This document shows, in pieces, positions 4,250 to 9,674 of a stretch of 9,674 nucleotides of DNA; position 1 is the first letter of the stretch; every line of letters starts with the position of its first letter. This DNA is from Candidatus Nanopusillus sp. (GTDB lineage Archaea; Nanobdellota; Nanobdellia; Nanobdellales; Nanobdellaceae): positions 9,788 to 19,461 of the forward strand of contig DAIUEN010000008.1 of NCBI GenBank assembly GCA_036845085.1. Reading direction: 5' to 3'. The notes under the pieces were generated by a model. It was not told where the DNA came from. It saw only the letters and a program-made list of their open reading frames with translations, and did no database searches. A program made the position numbers and the translations under genes.

Positions 4250-7200
4250 TCATTCCTTTGATTTCAGATCCAACAAAAGTATTAAATGCTGCTAAAGAAG
4301 CTGCTAATAAAATAGCAAGTACTATTGCAACACAAGTATCTAATCTAACTAAAAAAGATTCACCAACAACACCACAAAATATTTCTAATATAGGATACAC
4401 TCGTATGCCAACATCTAGTAATATTTCAATAGGATACACTCCTGCTCCAAATAGAGAAAATCCACCAGTAACTTCTATAAATAATGTTGCAACAAATATT
4501 CCATCTACACCATCTCCTCCTGTAACAAATACTAGAGTTGTAACAAATATTTCACCTACACCAACTCCTCCCGTAACTAATACAGTAACAGCTCCTCCTA
4601 TAACAAATACTAGACCAGATACAGTTAATATACCTGATAGAACAACTTCTATATCTTCTGTAACAAATATTTCATCTACACCATCTCCTTCAATAATAAA
4701 TACTAGTACTAAACCTACTACAGATTATATGGATCTAAATAAATTAGATCAAGAAATATCTAAAAGAGTATGGGATGAATACTTTAGACAACAAAGAGAA
4801 CTTGATGAATGGTATAAAAGTTCTATGAGACAATTAGAAGAACAAGAAAAAGAAATTAATAAATTATATGATACATATAAAAAATCAATTGAAAATTATT
4901 ATCGTGGATTTAAAGAAGAACTAAGAAGGGCTTATATAGATTATCTTTATAGAGAGCGTTATGATCCTATTACTGCTACTAAAAGAATACATCAAATATG
5001 GGCTTTAGATAAAGAAATTATTAAAGATCTAGAAAAACTTGAAAATTGGAGAGCTAGTGCACTATCTGAGATACAAAAAGCCAGGGAACAAATACAAGCT
5101 CAATACAGACTAGGAAGAGAAAGTATTAATCAATGGTTGAACTCTACAACAAGATCTTTAAGAGCTCAATACGAACCATTATTTAAAGCACAAGAATTAA
5201 ATAAAGAACTAACAGACTTATATAAAAAATATCAAGAAGGTTTAATAAGTGATGCTGAATTTATAAAAGAAGTAAAATCTATTATAAATAAAGCTAATAA
5301 ATACGGCCTTGATACATCAGAACTAGACAAAAGTATTGGACTCTATGAATATGTATCCAAAGTAAATCAATCTATCTCTTATTATTTAGATCTATTTAGT
5401 AAGGGACAGATATCTTATCCAGACCTACAAAGAACATTAATAGCATATGAAAGAGAATTTATACAAAAAGGTTTAGATCCATCACCAATAACTAATCTAC
5501 GAACACAAATATATCTATTGCATCATGCCGTAGACTATGATCCTAATACATATACTGTTACATTATATGATCCATCATTAAATATTTTGACAAAAGTGAG
5601 CCTCAACAGAGATTATAGATTTTTACCACAAGAGATTAGAAATTATTTACACGAACAACTACAACGAAAAATACAACAAATACAACCATATTTACCTAAA
5701 GATGCAAAAATTACTGGAATAGATGAATATGGAATGATAAAATATGAAATACCACAAATACCGAATCCATATGAATTAATAGGAGGATATACTTCAAAAC
5801 CATCAACTAAAGATAATCTACAACAATTATATACTCCAATACCACAAGATATGTTATTAAGTATAAAAAGTGGTAATATCACTTATTCAAATAATCAAGA
5901 TCGATTTTTAAATTTTATAAACGCTGCAGATAAAGTTCTAAGTAGTTATTATAATCTTTTTGTTAATTTACCTATACCTTCACCTTTTTATGGTTTTCAT
6001 TCATTTGATCCAATAACAAAACAATTTAAACAAGGCGCAGCAGAGGGTATAAAAGATCTTATTATTTCTATACCTACACTAGGTTATCTAGGATATAAAA
6101 CAACTATAGATCCAAACTTTAGAGGTCAAATTAGAGAATCTCTAAGAAATGCTACACTTTCGGATGCATTTAGTATGATAGTAAGTCCTATCAAAGAAGC
6201 ATTTGAAGTAAGTCCAGCTTATGGAGCTGGTTACTTAGCATCTTATTTTATTCCAATACCAATAAAAGCTCCAAAGATATCTGCAAACATTAAGACTATC
6301 AAAATAAATATACCTGAATCAACAATATTGAACCTTGCTATAAAAGATCCAAATATAATGAAATCTATAAACACAAGAATATCTGTTATACAAAATCTAG
6401 AAAAAGAAATCGAATCTTTAAATAAATTTAAACTTCCTACTATCTTTGGAGAACTTGGTACGGATATTAAACTTACACCTAAAAATTATTTAGAATTATC
6501 AAAAATAACAACACAAGAATTAGTAAAACCTACAACTCGAGAATTATTAGCAATAACATCTAATATAATAAATCCAAAACTTTTAGATCTAGCAATTATA
6601 GGTCCTCCTATTATAAAAAGATACAAAATACCTGAATTTTTAAGTGAGTTGAGTCCTATATTAGGTCCTAAATTACATTTAGAATTACAACTAAATAATG
6701 TTAAAAAAATATTTGCTGCCACACCAATGAGATTTGTATATCATAACAAAGAATTAACATTTTCATATAAACCATATTCAATAATTTCTTTTGCATTAAA
6801 ACCAGAACACGGATTATTTAAAGACAAATATATAATATTTACAAGATCTCTAGAAGACTTTTACAAAACTAAAGCAACTGTTGATTCATTAACAATACCT
6901 CTAAAAAATAAAATATATGTACATTATTTAAATGTAGTTGAAAGAAACAAAAATGCACAAATCAAAAACATAATTCCAGGAAAAGCATATACTATAATTT
7001 TAGAGAAAAAAAGAAATGTATCAAAAGCAATAACATATATAAGACTAAAAAATGGTAGAGAATTACTAAGTTTTGATATAATAAAAGGAAAAAATGCATA
7101 TAGTGTTGCTGTATCTACTAGAGTAACTCCTGAAGGTTTACAAAAATTCGCAGAGATAGTATCAAAATACATATCGCCAAGAAACAGAAGCAAACTTGAT

Positions 7201-7863
7201 TTCTATACTAGAGAAATAAAAAGAATAAGATCAAAACCAATAACAACTTTAGATAAAGATCTCAAAAATCCTCAAATGCAAAAACTTATATCAAGATCAT
7301 CTACACGAGAAGCTCCTATAATATCTCAAGATATAGCATCAAAAGTTCAAAGTACAATAATAGATAAATATAAAAGAGATTTAATTATGCAATTACCACT
7401 TCCATATCAATCACAAAAAAGAAGATATCAAATGTTATTACCAAGAACTAGAGTTATACATTCACAAATATTTAAACCAGAATTAATTATAATACCTAGA
7501 ACCATTGACAAAAAATCATTACTTAAATCAAGACAATTACAATTAATATTACCTAAAGAGAGACAACTAATATTATATCGTGTAAAACCTAGATTATTAC
7601 AACTCCAAAATACTGAAACAAAAGTAGCTACTAAACCTAAAATAATGCTAAAAACAAAACAAAATTTAAGACTAGAATATCCTAAACCAAAATTAAGAAC
7701 TCCACATGTAATAATACCAAGATTCTACTTTGTACCTCTATATATAAAACCAAGATCAAGAAGTTATGCATATTATAAAAAGCCTTATAGTAAATATTCA
7801 GATAAATATAAATTATCTAGAGCAGTATTACGTACAAGATTCTATAAATATAGAAGATATTAA
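4246..7863 (+). CDS. large multidomain protein (1205 aa): Thr/Pro/Ser-rich repeats, coiled coil, long central region, polybasic Tyr-rich tail; candidate virion fibre/adhesin
   Basis: A single uninterrupted ORF in AT-rich DNA, where stop codons are frequent. The domain layout is read directly from the translation. No enzymatic motif recognised. The functional call is inference from architecture and from neighbouring capsid-like/membrane genes. Confidence 0.9.
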   Translation: MIIPLISDPTKVLNAAKEAANKIASTIATQVSNLTKKDSPTTPQNISNIGYTRMPTSSNISIGYTPAPNRENPPVTSINNVATNIPSTPSPPVTNTRVVTNISPTPTPPVTNTVTAPPITNTRPDTVNIPDRTTSISSVTNISSTPSPSIINTSTKPTTDYMDLNKLDQEISKRVWDEYFRQQRELDEWYKSSMRQLEEQEKEINKLYDTYKKSIENYYRGFKEELRRAYIDYLYRERYDPITATKRIHQIWALDKEIIKDLEKLENWRASALSEIQKAREQIQAQYRLGRESINQWLNSTTRSLRAQYEPLFKAQELNKELTDLYKKYQEGLISDAEFIKEVKSIINKANKYGLDTSELDKSIGLYEYVSKVNQSISYYLDLFSKGQISYPDLQRTLIAYEREFIQKGLDPSPITNLRTQIYLLHHAVDYDPNTYTVTLYDPSLNILTKVSLNRDYRFLPQEIRNYLHEQLQRKIQQIQPYLPKDAKITGIDEYGMIKYEIPQIPNPYELIGGYTSKPSTKDNLQQLYTPIPQDMLLSIKSGNITYSNNQDRFLNFINAADKVLSSYYNLFVNLPIPSPFYGFHSFDPITKQFKQGAAEGIKDLIISIPTLGYLGYKTTIDPNFRGQIRESLRNATLSDAFSMIVSPIKEAFEVSPAYGAGYLASYFIPIPIKAPKISANIKTIKINIPESTILNLAIKDPNIMKSINTRISVIQNLEKEIESLNKFKLPTIFGELGTDIKLTPKNYLELSKITTQELVKPTTRELLAITSNIINPKLLDLAIIGPPIIKRYKIPEFLSELSPILGPKLHLELQLNNVKKIFAATPMRFVYHNKELTFSYKPYSIISFALKPEHGLFKDKYIIFTRSLEDFYKTKATVDSLTIPLKNKIYVHYLNVVERNKNAQIKNIIPGKAYTIILEKKRNVSKAITYIRLKNGRELLSFDIIKGKNAYSVAVSTRVTPEGLQKFAEIVSKYISPRNRSKLDFYTREIKRIRSKPITTLDKDLKNPQMQKLISRSSTREAPIISQDIASKVQSTIIDKYKRDLIMQLPLPYQSQKRRYQMLLPRTRVIHSQIFKPELIIIPRTIDKKSLLKSRQLQLILPKERQLILYRVKPRLLQLQNTETKVATKPKIMLKTKQNLRLEYPKPKLRTPHVIIPRFYFVPLYIKPRSRSYAYYKKPYSKYSDKYKLSRAVLRTRFYKYRRY
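4489..4707 (+). repeat. in-frame imperfect repeats encoding (V/A)TNI(P/S)(S/P)TP(S/T)P(P/S)(V/I)(T/I)NT
   Basis: Three copies at 4489-4536, 4537-4587 and 4660-4707, plus a partial 'PPITNTR' at 4594-4614. Copies 1 and 3 are close at the DNA level (acaaatattYcatctacaccatctcct). Confidence 0.85.
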
Positions 7864-7892
7864 AAATTGCTCATTAAGAATACTTTTAAAAT

Positions 7893-7979
7893 AAAAACTA
7901 CGAATATTATTTCTAATTTAAAATTATTTATATCAAAAACTACTAAAAAATCTAAAAAATCAATAAAATAAAAAACTAC
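7893..7979 (+). repeat. three direct copies of AAAAACTAC plus tandem CTAAAAAAT x2 in an A-tract-rich upstream region
   Basis: AAAAACTAC occurs at 7893-7901, 7935-7943 and 7971-7979. CTAAAAAAT occurs at 7943-7951 and 7952-7960. Confidence 0.6.
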
Positions 7980-8016
7980 AATAATAAATAAAAAAAATCA
8001 CAAAATTCAAAAAAAG

Positions 8017-8030
8017 CAAAGATTAATATT
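8017..8030 (+). promoter_or_regulatory. TATA-like promoter of the 4-TM capsid-like gene
   Basis: In 'aaagattaatatt', 'ttaatatt' starts at 8023, 30 nt before the ATG at 8053. The 'aaagatt' prefix is shared with the 8612 promoter. Confidence 0.5.
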
Positions 8031-8052
8031 TGAGTTCACAAAAAAATATAGT

Positions 8053-8589
8053 ATGGCCAACGACATTAACGCAATAATTAGAACAGCAATAAGTATAGGA
8101 ATAGCAATAGTATTATTTGCAGTAATATTAATGCAATTTGCAATACCTGTAATGCTTAGCCAATTAGATGCATTAAATACCCTTATTAGTCAAAATCAGA
8201 ATTTACAATCAGTATCAACAGCAATAGATACAACTCGATTACTAGTAAGAGATTTATTACCAATATTGATATTATTCGCAGTAACAATATTACCTCCAGT
8301 AGCTTTATTTATAAAAACAAGATCTTTTGGAACTGAAAACTTTGCAAACAAACTCGTAGCTACTACAATTGGAGTTTCTATAGCATTATTTGTAATTGCT
8401 ATACTATACATGGGAATGGCTCTACCAATATTATTCCAAAGCAACCTTTCATCTACAGTATTAAGCTTAGCAGTATATGGTTCTCTATTATTAGTATTAG
8501 CTACAGCCTTAATACCATCAGGATTATTAACATTCTCTGAACTAAAGAATTATGAAAGAAGGAGACAGCCTCCAATTAGGCTAATCTAG
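8053..8589 (+). CDS. four-TM hydrophobic protein (178 aa); candidate tandem-fused spindle-virus (VP1-like) major capsid protein
   Basis: There are four about 25-aa hydrophobic helices arranged as two hairpins. Helix 1 and helix 3 align (NAIIRTAISIGIAIVLFAVILMQFAIPVML vs NKLVATTIGVSIALFVIAILYMGMALPILF). Hairpin 1 resembles the fusellovirus VP1 pattern as I recall it. Confidence 0.85.
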   Translation: MANDINAIIRTAISIGIAIVLFAVILMQFAIPVMLSQLDALNTLISQNQNLQSVSTAIDTTRLLVRDLLPILILFAVTILPPVALFIKTRSFGTENFANKLVATTIGVSIALFVIAILYMGMALPILFQSNLSSTVLSLAVYGSLLLVLATALIPSGLLTFSELKNYERRRQPPIRLI

Positions 8590-8590
8590 C

Positions 8591-8609
8591 TTTTTCTTAT
8601 TTTTTGTTT
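8591..8609 (+). terminator. oligo-T terminator
   Basis: T5 (8591-8595), T6 (8600-8605) and T3 (8607-8609) lie directly after the TAG at 8587-8589. Confidence 0.55.
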
Positions 8610-8611
8610 AT

Positions 8612-8627
8612 AAAGATTTATTTATTT
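8612..8627 (+). promoter_or_regulatory. TATA-like promoter of the 8649..9625 operon
   Basis: In 'aaagatttatttattt', the T/A box begins about 30 nt before the ATG at 8649. Confidence 0.5.
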
Positions 8628-8648
8628 TATATATAATATATAAATTAT

Positions 8649-8912
8649 ATGAAAAATGAATCATACCAAATCCTAAAAAAGATTATGGATAAACTTAAAC
8701 AACAACGTATCTACCCTAAAGTTGTAATCACATTTCACAACCACAAAAAAATTATAGGTTATATCCTAGATGTAAAACATAATCAAATTTATCTTTTGAA
8801 GGAGGATAATGGACACCTTTATGTGATTTCATATACACAAGTAAAAGAATTAATATTTGAAGATACTAAACTAATACAAAAAATTTATAATGATTTAGAG
8901 AATAATAAATAA
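8649..8912 (+). CDS. small soluble protein (87 aa), possible Sm/Hfq-like or SH3-like beta-barrel
   Basis: An N-terminal helix (SYQILKKIMDKLKQQ) is followed by a strand pattern, VVITFHNHKKIIGYILDVKHNQIYLLKE...HLYVISYTQVKELIF. This parallels the Hfq/Sm1-Sm2 layout, with a conserved Gly after strand 2. Pattern-level evidence only. Confidence 0.75.
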   Translation: MKNESYQILKKIMDKLKQQRIYPKVVITFHNHKKIIGYILDVKHNQIYLLKEDNGHLYVISYTQVKELIFEDTKLIQKIYNDLENNK

Positions 8913-8913
8913 T

Positions 8914-9315
8914 ATGTTATCTGCACTTTATTATGCTGTAACCTTTGGAGCAGGATTATTTTTTATAATTTTGTTATATTCAATATTTTCTCCAATAATC
9001 CCTTATTCTCTTTTTGAACTTTTTATAATAATTGGAGGTTGGGTAGCTGTAATACTATATTGTTATCTTACTGCAAAGAAAATATCATTAGTAGATATTA
9101 TAATAGTATTTGTAGTAATATTTGTTATAAAATTTATTTATGATTTTGTATTTGTTCCATTATGGTTAGCAACACATCAATTTGACCAAAATACTGTGAG
9201 TTTATTAAGAAGTGCAATATTAACATTACTCATGGTATTAATGATAGCTGTAATGGCTAAGCCTGAAATGGAATCTCAAACTTTATATTATCAAGAAGTT
9301 ACAAAAATAAAATAA
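8914..9315 (+). CDS. polytopic membrane protein (133 aa, about 4 TM)
   Basis: ORF track. Four long hydrophobic segments. 1-nt spacer from the upstream stop. Confidence 0.8.
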   Translation: MLSALYYAVTFGAGLFFIILLYSIFSPIIPYSLFELFIIIGGWVAVILYCYLTAKKISLVDIIIVFVVIFVIKFIYDFVFVPLWLATHQFDQNTVSLLRSAILTLLMVLMIAVMAKPEMESQTLYYQEVTKIK

Positions 9316-9316
9316 A

Positions 9317-9625
9317 ATGGCAAATCCAGTATCTTGTGTTATTACAAACTTGAATGATTTTTTGATTTTGATTATATTATTAATGATTCCATTACTAATG
9401 CTAATTCCCGAGAGATTATCAAAAAATTTAGTATACATATCAATAACATTATTTGTTGGAGGTTTAATAATAGTTTGGTTAACTGCAACAATAGTTAGTA
9501 CTGCATATGTTTCAGAAGCATGTCCAACTAATTTCGATAAAGCTTTATTAATGGGATATTACGTAGTATTTTCTGTATTTGCAATATATAAATTATTTAA
9601 GATGTTTATGGAATATCTAAAATAA
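9317..9625 (+). CDS. polytopic membrane protein (102 aa, about 3 TM)
   Basis: ORF track. Three hydrophobic segments. 1-nt spacer from the upstream stop. Confidence 0.8.
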   Translation: MANPVSCVITNLNDFLILIILLMIPLLMLIPERLSKNLVYISITLFVGGLIIVWLTATIVSTAYVSEACPTNFDKALLMGYYVVFSVFAIYKLFKMFMEYLK

Positions 9626-9634
9626 TATAAATAT
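9621..9634 (+). promoter_or_regulatory. TATA-like box for an ORF starting at 9656
   Basis: 'tataaatat' starts at 9626, 30 nt before the ATG at 9656. Confidence 0.35.
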
Positions 9635-9655
9635 AAAATCAGTTATATATATTAT

Positions 9656-9674
9656 ATGAATAAAAAATTAATAT
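9656..9674 (+). CDS. 5' end of an ORF running off the window (MNKKLI...)
   Basis: The ATG sits at the standard distance from a TATA-like box. Only 6 codons are visible. Confidence 0.3.

Noticed and set aside
4173-4439. 88-aa ORF on the minus strand
   Set aside because: Antisense across the translationally coupled 3845..4249 / 4246..7863 junction. No promoter-like box at the proper spacing.
5643-5882. 79-aa ORF on the minus strand
   Set aside because: Nested antisense in the 1205-aa ORF. Cys/Ile-rich, implausible composition.
6486-6722. 78-aa ORF on the minus strand
   Set aside because: Nested antisense in the 1205-aa ORF, so a shadow frame.
6924-7193. 89-aa ORF on the minus strand
   Set aside because: Nested antisense in the 1205-aa ORF, so a shadow frame.
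8196-8444. 82-aa ORF on the minus strand
   Set aside because: Nested antisense in the 4-TM gene 8053..8589, which has a promoter, a terminator and coherent TM periodicity.

Overview
This window is very AT-rich, roughly 25% G+C from hand counts of a few lines. It reads as part of an archaeal virus, provirus or integrative plasmid rather than core chromosome. There are 11 long ORFs, 10 of them on the + strand. They are packed with 1-4 nt spacers or overlaps and have no Shine-Dalgarno motifs. Nine start codons sit exactly about 30 nt downstream of the start of a TATA-like box, which indicates leaderless archaeal transcription units. Only one product is confidently recognisable: a 185-aa tyrosine recombinase (3243..3800) that is essentially a bare catalytic domain. 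The remaining calls are inferred from sequence patterns. They are a 1205-aa protein with Thr/Pro/Ser repeats, a coiled coil and a polybasic tail (4246..7863, candidate virion fibre or adhesin); a 4-TM protein that looks like a tandem fusion of two fusellovirus VP1-like two-helix capsid units (8053..8589); an Hfq/Sm-like 87-aa protein; two further polytopic membrane proteins; two coiled-coil proteins flanking a putative winged-helix regulator; and a 229-aa alpha/beta protein with weak RAMP-like end motifs. The most unusual feature is the ORF-free 630-bp gap at 2617..3242. It holds three, possibly four, paralogous units, each a TATA box followed 30 nt later by a 4-5-4 palindrome with a compensatory stem change. 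These units are bounded by T-runs and are candidate small-RNA genes or operator/recombination sites. One of the gap promoters shares an extended roughly 33-nt module with the promoter of the 1406..2615 operon. No tRNA, rRNA, CRISPR array, replication protein or packaging ATPase is visible in the window. All functional calls other than the recombinase need profile or structure searches that I cannot run.
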